A stretch of 64,000 bases of DNA from Nanobdellota archaeon (GTDB taxonomy: Archaea > Nanobdellota > Nanobdellia > Pacearchaeales > GW2011-AR1). Below are positions 9,263-18,613 of the stretch, piece by piece. The translations under genes and the position numbers were made by a program. Below the pieces are notes generated by a model, which saw only the letters and a list, made by a program, of their open reading frames with translations, was not told the DNA's origin and ran no database searches. Within the stretch, counting starts at the first letter, position 1; each line of letters starts with the position of its first letter. The stretch is from the NCBI GenBank assembly GCA_018815925.1, contig JAHIWS010000006.1, forward strand, positions 14,286-78,285, given 5' to 3'.

Positions 9263-9516
9263 TCTTGTTCAAAAGTATGCTTCCAATTGGCTCCTACTTT
9301 TGCATTCCTAGTTTGTTCACTAAAATGATTAGATGTTCCTACACCCCAATCTCTAGCAACAGCATTAAAATAATTTTGAACTCCTTGTATTTCTTCTTGT
9401 GATTTTTTCATTATCCTACTTTCCCGTGCTTCCTCACTATTCGGATCTACAAAACGTCCTGATTCTACTTGAATTAATCCTTCTACTTGATGTTTATATT
9501 GGTTATATTTTGCCAT
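9259..9516 (-). CDS. hypothetical protein (85 aa)
   Basis: ORF only. Confidence 0.3.
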   Translation of the reverse strand: MAKYNQYKHQVEGLIQVESGRFVDPNSEEARESRIMKKSQEEIQGVQNYFNAVARDWGVGTSNHFSEQTRNAKVGANWKHTFEQD

Positions 9517-9789
9517 TTTATAAAAAACGTTATGATAAAAAATAAAAACTCTTTATAAACTTTGCGCTTAAAAACCTAAAAAAGATTAAACATTACTATT
9601 GTACCTATAAAGGAGTAACAATAGTAATGTTTATAAAGATCAAATACCATAATAATATATGGAAACAAATCAAACTGAATTGAGCAAACTAACTAAAAGT
9701 GAATTAATTGAATTAATTCAAGGTTATGAAGAAAAATTAAAAAACATGGACGAATGTAGAAATCTGTTAAGAATTGACTCTAGAAGTTT

Positions 9790-11730
9790 TTAACCATAAT
9801 TCTCAAAAGCATCTAAAACTCTAGAATCTGGTGATAGCACAAAGATATGATCATTTTTAGACCTTACCCCCCTGTATACTTTTTGCCATAATTCTCTTCT
9901 GGCTTTGTCTTTATAAAAAGCCCAATAATGTTGAGGATTTGCCCTGTTTAATATTTTCCAAAAAGCATCTTGAACATTAGGATTTGGGTATTTTGTAAAA
10001 ATAATACTATTACATTGACTTCCTGGAAAATCTATTCCTCTTGAAACTCTTGTAGAAAATAAAACATCATTATATCCTTTTTTAAATTCTTCAACCAATC
10101 TTCCTATTTTATCTTGTTCTTGATTAAACCTAAAATTATCTTTTGCTATTAAATTTTTTAAATCTAATAATTTTATTTCTTGTTGTGTTGGCAGATCTGC
10201 AAAAGAATTAACATGCACTAAACAAGGCTTTTTAGCAATTTCAACACATAAATCTAATGCCTTTAGATAATCTTTTCTAGTGTTTTTTCCATTAGAAAAA
10301 TTAGAGTATTTGCAGTCTATTTCTTTTCCTGTTCTTTTTACTTGTATTTTACCTTGGTTTTCAACTTCTGCTTCAAGAATTTTAAAATTCTCCAAACCAA
10401 ATATATCTTTTAAGACTTCTTCTGAATGGACTGTTCCTGACATCAATACAATGTTTTTACTTTTATTTATCATTTCTTTAAATTTTTTAGCTAGATTTGT
10501 TGTGACAAGACTAAAAAACAGATTATTTTCTATTTTATTAACTGTTACATAAGTTTCATCCATAAAATCCTTAAACATTAAGGCAGTTTCCTCTACATCA
10601 AAAACATAATTTTCATCATCTGCTTCTTCAAAAAGTTTAGGGCAATTTAAGATCATTCTTAATAAATCATAGATCCCTGTTTTTTTTAAGGGCAATATTT
10701 CTTTTGAAATAATAGCTTGTTTTATTTTTTTGTCCTTTTTTATGCTGGAGATTATTTTGAATATTTCTGCAATAGTATCATCTACTTCTTGATTTACACT
10801 TATCACCCTTGTTAAAGAATTTTGAAATCTATCAAGATTTATGTTTTTTTGATTGGAAAAACTATCTAAAAAATCATCACATTCATCAATAATTTCTACT
10901 TCTGTAAAAGGTTTTCTATTTAATAAACTTTCTAGTTTGTATTTTAAAGAATTAAACACAAGGATATCAGAAGTAATAAATGAATCAAATTGCTCATAAA
11001 AACCACATCCTTTTTTCCTTTCATAATAATTAAATTTTATTCCTGAAAGACCTTCATATTCTCTTTTTCTTGCTTTATCAAAGATTGGTCCTTTTAGTTC
11101 ATATTCTGAAGGTAAAACAGGAGACCAATAGGGGCATACACTTGCAACAGGAACTCTTTTTATGTGTTTTATATCTGTAAAGTTTCTTACATCAATGTAT
11201 TTATTTTGTTTAATATAATGCTTTAGTTTATTGTAGTTTTTTTCTTTTATTTCTATTTTGCAAGGAATTGAATTATTATTTGCAGAAATATCTTTTTCAA
11301 ATTTATTATCTAGCTCTTTAGATTTCCCATCAAAAATATCATTTAATTTTGCATCAACTTCTTTTTTTATTGTAGGTACTGATTCTTTATTGTTTTTTAA
11401 AAATTTGCAGACATGATTGGCTCTTCCTGTTATTATACTTATTTTTAGTTTTTCTTTGTTTTCTTTAAGAAGATATTTTTGCTTTTCATAATCTTTTTTA
11501 TACTGGCTCTGAAGATTTTTTCCTGGGACAACTATGGAGGCTTTTCCTAATTCTTTAGCAATATTTAATGCTATTGCTGATTTTCCAGTTCCACAGACTC
11601 CTTTGATAAATAAGATATTATTTCCCTTTTTTATTTCATTTAATACTTCTTTAACAATATCTTCTTGAGATTTTCCATTTGAAAAAACCAAAGGTTCTAG
11701 AAATTTGCCATTTTCATATAGGCTCCACAT
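9790..11730 (-). CDS. XPD/Rad3/DinG-family (superfamily 2) DNA helicase-like protein
   Basis: Walker A GVCGTGKSA, GRANHVC, four spaced Cys (HVCKF, IPCKIE, SVCPYW, KGCGFY) compatible with an Fe-S domain, motif II IIDECDDF, MSGT, C-terminal SRGIDFPG and YRGVRSKND. Confidence 0.65.
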   Translation of the reverse strand: MWSLYENGKFLEPLVFSNGKSQEDIVKEVLNEIKKGNNILFIKGVCGTGKSAIALNIAKELGKASIVVPGKNLQSQYKKDYEKQKYLLKENKEKLKISIITGRANHVCKFLKNNKESVPTIKKEVDAKLNDIFDGKSKELDNKFEKDISANNNSIPCKIEIKEKNYNKLKHYIKQNKYIDVRNFTDIKHIKRVPVASVCPYWSPVLPSEYELKGPIFDKARKREYEGLSGIKFNYYERKKGCGFYEQFDSFITSDILVFNSLKYKLESLLNRKPFTEVEIIDECDDFLDSFSNQKNINLDRFQNSLTRVISVNQEVDDTIAEIFKIISSIKKDKKIKQAIISKEILPLKKTGIYDLLRMILNCPKLFEEADDENYVFDVEETALMFKDFMDETYVTVNKIENNLFFSLVTTNLAKKFKEMINKSKNIVLMSGTVHSEEVLKDIFGLENFKILEAEVENQGKIQVKRTGKEIDCKYSNFSNGKNTRKDYLKALDLCVEIAKKPCLVHVNSFADLPTQQEIKLLDLKNLIAKDNFRFNQEQDKIGRLVEEFKKGYNDVLFSTRVSRGIDFPGSQCNSIIFTKYPNPNVQDAFWKILNRANPQHYWAFYKDKARRELWQKVYRGVRSKNDHIFVLSPDSRVLDAFENYG

Positions 11731-11797
11731 TTTAAGATTTTAGAAATAAGTTTGCACTAATAAATGTTTGTTACTTATTTCTGAACATCCTATTTTT

Positions 11798-12619
11798 TCA
11801 CTTAAAACTTTTACTTATTGATTCTTTCCAAAAACTTGGCAAAGGATTTGAGACAAATCCTCTAAAATTTCCAGAATAAAGATATGTAAGGCCTTTATCT
11901 TCTTTGTATTTTTCAAATTTATCTTGTGTTTTAGAATATATTTTTTGTATTATTTTTCTCTCAAATTCTTTTTGAAGTAAAGAAGAGGTTTTTAGAGCTA
12001 AGAAATCAGCTTGTCTTAAAATATTTACTTCTAGATTAGAAGAATTTTGAGAAATAAAAAGAATGTTAATGTTTTTATGTCTAGCTATTAATATTAACTT
12101 GCTTAAAAGCTTGTTTGCACTGCTCATTGAGCTCCTTGAACTAAATAAAATTCCCCCCTCATCTATTAAGACCCAGGAATCATTTTCTAATTCTGAGATA
12201 TCTGAAACAACTTTTATCCAAGAAGGAAATTCATTTGGATTAAATCCTATTGCAAAACATTTTTCTTTATGTTTAGAATAAATATTTTCAAGTAATTTAA
12301 CTCCAAATGCTGTTTTTCCAGAACCTCTTGCACCAATTATAATTCCAATCTGGCTATCTGACTCTATTGTTTTATTAAACCAATTTTTATAATCTCCTTC
12401 AAGAGTTTCAATAATCTTAAAGCAGACATATTTACCTCTGATTGACTCTCTTTTCTTTTTTATTTTATCTTCTTTAGATTTTTTAGACATTTTTTCACTT
12501 ATTGTAATGATTCCCTTAACAAAATAATAAGGTATTTTAATTATGAATAGCAAGCCTTTTCCAAGATATTTCCAGAAATTAGATTTGTTTTTTATTTTAG
12601 ATTTTCTCTTTTTTGTCAT
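11798..12619 (-). CDS. membrane-anchored P-loop NTPase (Zot/AAA-like)
   Basis: Basic N-terminus and one TM helix, Walker A GARGSGKT, Walker B WVLIDEGG, then ILFISQNSS. Confidence 0.55.
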   Translation of the reverse strand: MTKKRKSKIKNKSNFWKYLGKGLLFIIKIPYYFVKGIITISEKMSKKSKEDKIKKKRESIRGKYVCFKIIETLEGDYKNWFNKTIESDSQIGIIIGARGSGKTAFGVKLLENIYSKHKEKCFAIGFNPNEFPSWIKVVSDISELENDSWVLIDEGGILFSSRSSMSSANKLLSKLILIARHKNINILFISQNSSNLEVNILRQADFLALKTSSLLQKEFERKIIQKIYSKTQDKFEKYKEDKGLTYLYSGNFRGFVSNPLPSFWKESISKSFK

Positions 12620-12785
12620 GGTTGGAATAAGAAAATAAGGATAATAAATGTATCTGTATTTAAGGAAAAGATGTTGGGCATATTGTAATAGTTAATAATC
12701 GTGTCTTAAAATGTCTAAGTTTATCTCAATAACACAAAATATAAAAATAAAAAAATCTTAAAAAGAATAAGAAAAGGAGGTCAAA

Positions 12786-13010
12786 ATGAAAAAGAAATCT
12801 AAAAAAGAAGAATTATCTAGCCCACATTTAAAAACTTTACAAAAAGATTTTGAAAAACTTCAAAAAGCAGGAAAGTATTTGGAAAGTGAAAGGAAAAAAT
12901 TAAAAAAAGAAAAAGAAAAAATTAGAAAAAAATTAAAAAAAGAAAAACAAATACTAAAATTAAGAAAACAAATTGATAGATTACAAAAAAGACCCAAAAA
13001 TAATTCTTAA
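12786..13010 (+). CDS. hypothetical lysine-rich coiled-coil protein (74 aa)
   Basis: ORF preceded by a strong GGAGG Shine-Dalgarno-like motif (aaaaggaggtcaaaATG). Low-complexity K/E sequence. Confidence 0.35.
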   Translation: MKKKSKKEELSSPHLKTLQKDFEKLQKAGKYLESERKKLKKEKEKIRKKLKKEKQILKLRKQIDRLQKRPKNNS

Positions 13011-13098
13011 TCTTACTTTTCGTGCAACGCCAAACCTTGTCACCTTTGGAAAATAGTTCTAAATGTTTAAATACTAAATAAGGCAAGATTTCTAATCC

Positions 13099-13148
13099 AT
13101 ACAAATTATGGGTATAAGGAGGTACATGACATACAATATATTGTATGT
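13099..13148. promoter_or_regulatory. tandem NrdR-box operator: imperfect box about 13099-13114, perfect palindrome 13129-13148
   Basis: ACATACAATATATTGTATGT (13129-13148) is a perfect 20-bp palindrome. Its 16-bp core ATACAATATATTGTAT fits the published NrdR box consensus acaCwAtATaTwGtgt. A weaker copy, ATACAAATTATGGGTA, is centred about 32 bp upstream, which matches the canonical tandem-box spacing. It sits immediately upstream of nrdR-nrdJ. Confidence 0.6.
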
Positions 13149-13159
13149 TGAAATAAAAC

Positions 13160-13600
13160 ATGGATTGTGTGTTTTGTTCAAATAAAAAGACAAGAGTTAC
13201 TGATAAAAGACCATCTCCTGAGGGAATAAGGAGGAGAAGAGAGTGCCTCAAGTGTAGAAAGAGGTTTACTACTTATGAAAGAATTGACAAAACAGGAATG
13301 TTTGTTATTAAAAAAGATAATAGTAGAGAAATATTTAGCCGGGACAAATTAGAAAAAGGAATAAATAGGGCTTTTGAAAAACGCCCTATATCAAAAGAAA
13401 AAATTAACAAGATGATAAGTGAGATAGAAGAGCAATTAAGAAGAAAAGGTAAAAAAGAAGTCAAGAGCAATATTATTGGTGAATTAGTATCTAAAAAAAT
13501 AAAAAGGCTAGATAATGTAGCTTACATAAGGTTTGCATCTGTATATAAAAATTTTCAAGATATTAAAGATTTTAAAGATGAACTAAAAGAGTTGAATTGA
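13160..13600 (+). CDS. nrdR: transcriptional repressor NrdR (zinc ribbon plus ATP-cone)
   Basis: MDCVFCSNKKTRVTDKR...RRRRECLKCRKRFTTYERID is the NrdR zinc ribbon. It is followed by an ATP-cone (REIFSRDKLEKGI...). The gene is 1 nt upstream of the RNR gene. Confidence 0.9.
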   Translation: MDCVFCSNKKTRVTDKRPSPEGIRRRRECLKCRKRFTTYERIDKTGMFVIKKDNSREIFSRDKLEKGINRAFEKRPISKEKINKMISEIEEQLRRKGKKEVKSNIIGELVSKKIKRLDNVAYIRFASVYKNFQDIKDFKDELKELN

Positions 13601-13601
13601 G

Positions 13602-16349
13602 ATGATTACAAAGTTACAACAAGAAAGAGCATTTTCTGGATTAAGTCAAGAACAAAAAAAAGAAATAGAAAACTCAATAAAAACCAGATATAATGTTTCT
13701 AATTGGAATGATGAAAATGGAGTAGGTTATAAAATAAAAGATATAAAAAACAAAGAAAACATTTATTTTGATTCTAATGCAAGGACTACTCTTGAAAAAA
13801 GATATCTTGAAAAAAATACAAAAAGACAGATTGTTGAAGATTGTTTAGATTTATTTACGAGGGTAGCAGTAAATATTGCAGAAGCCGATATCAAATATGG
13901 TTCTGAAAACATAACTAATACTGCAGAAGGATTTTTAGAATCCTTAGTTTACAAAGAATTTATGCCAAATACCCCTACATTATGTAATGCTGGGAGGTCA
14001 TTACAACAACTTTCTGCTTGTTTTGTATTGCCTGTTGAAGATTATATGGCAACAGATGATATTGGGGAAGATCCTGAAAAACAAGGAAATGGTATTTATG
14101 ATACTTTAAGATTTATGGCAATGATTCATAAGTCAGGAGGGGGAACAGGATTTAATTTTTCAGATTTAAGGCCAAGAGGAAATTTAATTTCTACAACTTT
14201 TGGATCTTCAAGTGGGCCAGTATCTTTTGCTAAGTCTTATGATGCTTCAACAAATGCGGTAAATCAGGGGGGTTTTAGAAGAGGTGCAAATATGGGAATT
14301 CTTGAATACTGGCACCCAGACATTTTTGAATTTATAGGAGAAAAAGCAAGAAATGGTAGCTTAACTAATTTCAATTTATCTGTTGGTGTTGATGATGAAT
14401 TTATGAAATTAGTTGAAAATGATGGATATTTTAAAATGATTAATCCTAAAAATAAAAATACAATTTCCTTAGAAAAAAGAGTATGGAAAGCAGACAATTT
14501 ATTAAACAGTGATGATCTTGATTTTGAAACGAATTTTGATGAATTAGAACCTTCAATTTATGTTTTAGGAAATAAAGTTATTAATGCTTACAATAAAAAA
14601 GAAGTTGGAAAAATAGATGAAAATGGAATAGTTTTAATTAGGGCTAGAGAAGTTTTTGATGAAATAGCTCAATATGCTTGGGAAGAGGGGTGTCCTGGAA
14701 TAATATTTTTAGATAGATTAGAAAAAAATAATAAAACACCACATATAGGACAGATAAGATCTACTAATCCTTGTGGGGAACAGCCTTTGCTTCCTTTTGA
14801 AGCATGTAATCTTGGAGCAATAAATTTAGCTACTTGTGTTAAAAATAGTGAAATTAATTATGATGAAATAGAAAAAAGAGTTAAGAAAGGAGTTCATTTT
14901 TTAGATAATGTTATTGACATGAGTAAATTTCCATTTCAAAAAATATATGGGATGGTTCATGGAAATAGGAAAATTGGGTTGGGATTAATGGGCTGGGCAG
15001 AAATGCTCTCTCAATTAAATATTTCTTATGATAGTAAAGAAGCAGTTGATTTAGCAAAAAAACTTTCTCATTTTGTAACAGAAACAGGAAGAAAGAAATC
15101 AGAAGAATTAGCTAAAGAAAGAGGAGTTTTTCCTTTTTGGGAAGGAAGTGAGTGGGAAAAACAAGGAAGAGAAGTTAGAAATGCAACAATAACCACAATA
15201 GCTCCTAATGGAACAACAGCTATGATTGCAGGATGTACAGGAGGAATTGAGCCTTATTTTAAAGTTTCTTTTACAAAAACATGTATGGATAAAAAAAAGT
15301 TAATTTATAGAAATAAAGGTCTTAATGATGAACTAAGAAGACATTTTGAAGGGGAAAAGTTAGAAAGAATATTAAGGGAAGTTGATAAAAAAGGAAGTAT
15401 TCAAGATATACCCGAAATACCTCAAGAGATAAGAGAGAGATACAAAACATCACATGATGTTTCTCCAGAAATACATGTAAAAATGCAGGGGGCATTTCAA
15501 TTAGGAATAGATAATGCTGTTTCTAAGACAGTTAACCTTTCTAACAGTGCTACAGTTGAAGATGTAAAAGAGATTTATAAAAAAGCTTATGATGAGGGCT
15601 GTATGGGAATTACTATTTTTAGAGACGGTTCAAAAGAAGGAGTATTAAGTGGAATAGAAAAAAAAATAGAATTAGTCCAGAATAATGTTTCAAATGACCC
15701 TAGAATAGAGATAAAAGATCAAGCACTCAAATACAAAGTTAAAAGACCTCAAAATGGGGATAATTTGCATATTACAATTGCAAGTGATTTACATGTTAAT
15801 GACCAAACAAATAAAGCATATTTTATACCCTCAGAAATTTTTCAAGAAAGAGCTCCCCTAGGAGATTGTTCAACTGTTAGTTTTCAACAATCAGGAATTG
15901 ATAGAACAGAAATATTAAGAGGACCTAACCCAGATTATGTGGAGTTAATAACAAGATGGCAATCAGCATCTTCAAATGAAGAAGAAGGAATAGGACCTAA
16001 TAAAATAAAGTCAATAGAACATGCTGTTGGTCTTGTTCTTGAAAATTGTTTACTAGGAAATGGTCTTGTTGAGTATGATAAATTACTCACACCTCCAAAA
16101 TTAAAAAATAGTGTAAGGAAAAAAGATCTAAGAAGAGTAGAAAGAGGAAGTGAGGAATGGATGGATATAATGAGTCAAGTAAGAATTATTCACTCTGATA
16201 AAGAACTTATTGTTTCTGGAAATTATGGTAAAAGAGGAAAAAAGTTTATATGTGCAAATTGTTCTTGTGAAGAGTATACATTTGAAGCAGGATGTAATCA
16301 TCCCAAATGTATAAATTGCGGAGAATATGAAAATGGTGGATGTGGCTAG
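13602..16349 (+). CDS. nrdJ: class II (adenosylcobalamin-dependent) ribonucleotide reductase
   Basis: PNTPTLCNAG, LSACFVL, STNPCGEQPLLPFEACNLGAINL, TIAPNGT, GIEPYF. Cys-rich C-terminal tail CANCSCEE...CNHPKCINCG. Confidence 0.92.
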   Translation: MITKLQQERAFSGLSQEQKKEIENSIKTRYNVSNWNDENGVGYKIKDIKNKENIYFDSNARTTLEKRYLEKNTKRQIVEDCLDLFTRVAVNIAEADIKYGSENITNTAEGFLESLVYKEFMPNTPTLCNAGRSLQQLSACFVLPVEDYMATDDIGEDPEKQGNGIYDTLRFMAMIHKSGGGTGFNFSDLRPRGNLISTTFGSSSGPVSFAKSYDASTNAVNQGGFRRGANMGILEYWHPDIFEFIGEKARNGSLTNFNLSVGVDDEFMKLVENDGYFKMINPKNKNTISLEKRVWKADNLLNSDDLDFETNFDELEPSIYVLGNKVINAYNKKEVGKIDENGIVLIRAREVFDEIAQYAWEEGCPGIIFLDRLEKNNKTPHIGQIRSTNPCGEQPLLPFEACNLGAINLATCVKNSEINYDEIEKRVKKGVHFLDNVIDMSKFPFQKIYGMVHGNRKIGLGLMGWAEMLSQLNISYDSKEAVDLAKKLSHFVTETGRKKSEELAKERGVFPFWEGSEWEKQGREVRNATITTIAPNGTTAMIAGCTGGIEPYFKVSFTKTCMDKKKLIYRNKGLNDELRRHFEGEKLERILREVDKKGSIQDIPEIPQEIRERYKTSHDVSPEIHVKMQGAFQLGIDNAVSKTVNLSNSATVEDVKEIYKKAYDEGCMGITIFRDGSKEGVLSGIEKKIELVQNNVSNDPRIEIKDQALKYKVKRPQNGDNLHITIASDLHVNDQTNKAYFIPSEIFQERAPLGDCSTVSFQQSGIDRTEILRGPNPDYVELITRWQSASSNEEEGIGPNKIKSIEHAVGLVLENCLLGNGLVEYDKLLTPPKLKNSVRKKDLRRVERGSEEWMDIMSQVRIIHSDKELIVSGNYGKRGKKFICANCSCEEYTFEAGCNHPKCINCGEYENGGCG

Positions 16350-16351
16350 AA

Positions 16352-16780
16352 ATGGTGATTCTTAAAGTCAAAAAACTTCATCCAGATGCTATTATTCCAA
16401 GTTATGCTCATGAAGGTGATGCGGGATTAGATTTGTTTTCTTGTGAAGAAACAGAAATTCTTCCAGGTGAAAAAAAATTAATATCAATTGGACTTTCTAT
16501 TGAATTGCCAAAAGGATATGTTAGTTTAGTTTGGGATAAGAGTGGAATTGCATCTAATTTTGGAATAACTACAATGGCAGGAGTAATAGATTATACCTAT
16601 AGGGGAGAATATAAAATTCTTTTATTTAATACAACTAAAGAATCTTTTAAAATACATAAAAAACAAAAAATAGCTCAATTGCTTATTCAACCAATTGAAA
16701 CAGCAGAAATACAAGAAGTTAATGAACTTTCAGAAACACAAAGAGGTAAAGGTGGTTTTGGAAGTACAGGGTTGAAATAA
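16352..16780 (+). CDS. dut: dUTP diphosphatase (trimeric dUTPase)
   Basis: SYAHEGDAGLDLFS, GVIDYTYRGE, QRGKGGFGSTG motifs. The ORF track starts at 16340, overlapping nrdJ. The ATG at 16352 (MVILKVKK) is the more likely start. Confidence 0.9.
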   Translation: MVILKVKKLHPDAIIPSYAHEGDAGLDLFSCEETEILPGEKKLISIGLSIELPKGYVSLVWDKSGIASNFGITTMAGVIDYTYRGEYKILLFNTTKESFKIHKKQKIAQLLIQPIETAEIQEVNELSETQRGKGGFGSTGLK

Positions 16781-16828
16781 CTTTTCCAACACAATTATAT
16801 TTATAAAAAAATTATAATTCTATTGAAA

Positions 16829-18499
16829 ATGGTAAAATTAGTTAATCCAAAAGTAAAAATTCTTGATTATGGTCCTAAAATCATGAGTAAAAATGGAAAA
16901 GTAATTCTTACCCCTGATGAACTTGTTTATGGAGGAGCTATAGCAACTTATCAAGATGTTGATTCTATGCAAGAATTATTAAATAAAAAGAAAGAATATT
17001 TTCAATTAAAAAAAAGATTAGATAATACAACAGATTTTGCTAAAAAACAAAATCTTGAAGCAAAAATAGAAGATTTAGATTATAGTCCAAAAAAAATTAA
17101 AAATAAAATTTTAGGTATTTGTGCAAGAGGTCATGCTTCTATGGCTACAACTCCTGTTGTCTGGTTTGATATTATGAATTCTTCAAAATTAATTGACTCT
17201 ATTTTTACTGGAGCAAGATTTGGAAGTTTTTTAATGCCTTCAAGTAGAAGAGTTCCAATAACAAAAGAAAATATTGTTATACCAAGAGGAGTTAAGGAAA
17301 AAGGTAGGAGAGCTGAAAAAATATATGTTGAATCAGCTGAAAATAATGTTGAAACCTATGAAAAAGTTCAGAACAATAATGTTGAAACCCAAGATGCAAG
17401 CAAAATAGTTCATTATGGCCATGCTGGAGGCGGAAGATTACAAATGCCTTTAGACACAATTATTTATTTTAAAAATTTGATGGATAATGATTTTGATAAT
17501 GCTATTCCTAGAGAAGGCAAAGAAATCATATCACAATTAGATTCTTGGATTAGGGATGGTAGTGGAATGGAAAATATTTATGTGGGAAAATTAAGAGCTC
17601 CTAGAACAAGTTGTGTTAATCCGAATATTTTTACATTTAGAAGAAACAGAGCCGAAAAATTAAAAGAAAAACTTGGAATAGGAATAGAACCTATGATATT
17701 AAATAAAAATATTGAAAAAGATAATGAAACTATTTATAGGATGCAACAGTGGTTAGATTATAGAAAGGAAATTTTTTCTGATTCAGATAGACTCAAAAAT
17801 GAAGGAAAAAAATTATTAGACAAATTAGATGAGATTATTGTGGATAATAATGGATTGATTAATTTTGAAATGGGTGTTAAAATTCCTTGGAGAGTTTGGG
17901 GTGAAGTAAAAAGACACAGGACAATGCCTCAAACAACAGAATCAGTTTATAATGCAATGGACAAAACTTTAGAAGTTGTGCACAATTTTGAGTTACATAA
18001 GAGAAATGTAGATGTAGAAGTAATACTTGATGCTTATCTTCCAATAATTGATATCCCTATCCCTGTTCAAAGAAATGAAGATAATCTTGAGTTATGGATT
18101 AATGCTTGGGATAAATCTGCTTTAGCTTATCAAAAACTTGTTGAGATGGGTGTTGAAAAAAGTGATGCAATTATGATAGTTCCAAGAGCACTTTTACTTG
18201 CAAATATTAAAACCTATGATTTGTACAACGCTACAACAGGATATGGGTCTTTAAGAAAATGTAGCTCAGTAGAGAATAAAATGAAAGAAATAACAAGAAA
18301 AGAATTGGAATTAATAAAGGAAAGTGTTGATTATAAAATTGGTTGCTTATTAGAACCTAAATGTGAGTATATTGGTTATTGTCCTGAAATAAATACTTGC
18401 GGGAATATTACTCAAAAATTTCTTCCTTCATATACAAAAGAGTTTCATAAAAATTTTAATAAAAAAAGGATTAAAAAGATTAGAGAAGAGTTAAAGTAG
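16829..18499 (+). CDS. thyX: ThyX-like flavin-dependent thymidylate synthase, double-length form
   Basis: RGHASMATTPVVWFDIMNSSKLIDSIFTGARFGSFLMPSSRRV resembles the ThyX core with a degenerate signature. A second repeat, FEMGVKIPWRVWGEVKRHRTMPQTTES, carries RHR. Located between dut and thioredoxin. The ORF track starts at a TTG at 16823; ATG at 16829 is preferred. Confidence 0.55.
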   Translation: MVKLVNPKVKILDYGPKIMSKNGKVILTPDELVYGGAIATYQDVDSMQELLNKKKEYFQLKKRLDNTTDFAKKQNLEAKIEDLDYSPKKIKNKILGICARGHASMATTPVVWFDIMNSSKLIDSIFTGARFGSFLMPSSRRVPITKENIVIPRGVKEKGRRAEKIYVESAENNVETYEKVQNNNVETQDASKIVHYGHAGGGRLQMPLDTIIYFKNLMDNDFDNAIPREGKEIISQLDSWIRDGSGMENIYVGKLRAPRTSCVNPNIFTFRRNRAEKLKEKLGIGIEPMILNKNIEKDNETIYRMQQWLDYRKEIFSDSDRLKNEGKKLLDKLDEIIVDNNGLINFEMGVKIPWRVWGEVKRHRTMPQTTESVYNAMDKTLEVVHNFELHKRNVDVEVILDAYLPIIDIPIPVQRNEDNLELWINAWDKSALAYQKLVEMGVEKSDAIMIVPRALLLANIKTYDLYNATTGYGSLRKCSSVENKMKEITRKELELIKESVDYKIGCLLEPKCEYIGYCPEINTCGNITQKFLPSYTKEFHKNFNKKRIKKIREELK

Positions 18500-18500
18500 A

Positions 18501-18576
18501 CATAATTTTCGGCTTTGCACATTTAAATGATTCTGCACATAAATATGCTTAAATTAAGTGCAAAGCCATAATTTTC
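18501..18576. mobile_element. 57-bp MITE-like inverted-repeat element (18511-18567) with 9-bp flanking direct repeat ATAATTTTC
   Basis: The termini GGCTTTGCAC ... GTGCAAAGCC are perfect inverted repeats. (c)ataattttc is present on both flanks. A second copy of identical length lies at 19460-19516. Confidence 0.5.
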
Positions 18577-18590
18577 AAAACCTTTATAAA
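18577..18590 (+). promoter_or_regulatory. BRE/TATA promoter of the thioredoxin gene
   Basis: AAAACCTTTATAAA. The TATA ends 23 nt before the ATG at 18614, which implies a leaderless or near-leaderless mRNA. Confidence 0.55.
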
Positions 18591-18613
18591 TATCTTTTTT
18601 CCTTAATTAAATA

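Noticed and set aside
12922-13251. 109-aa minus-strand ORF spanning the nrdR promoter
   Set aside because: It overlaps the 3' end of the K-rich ORF, the NrdR boxes and the nrdR start. Its hydrophobic low-complexity translation marks it as a shadow ORF.
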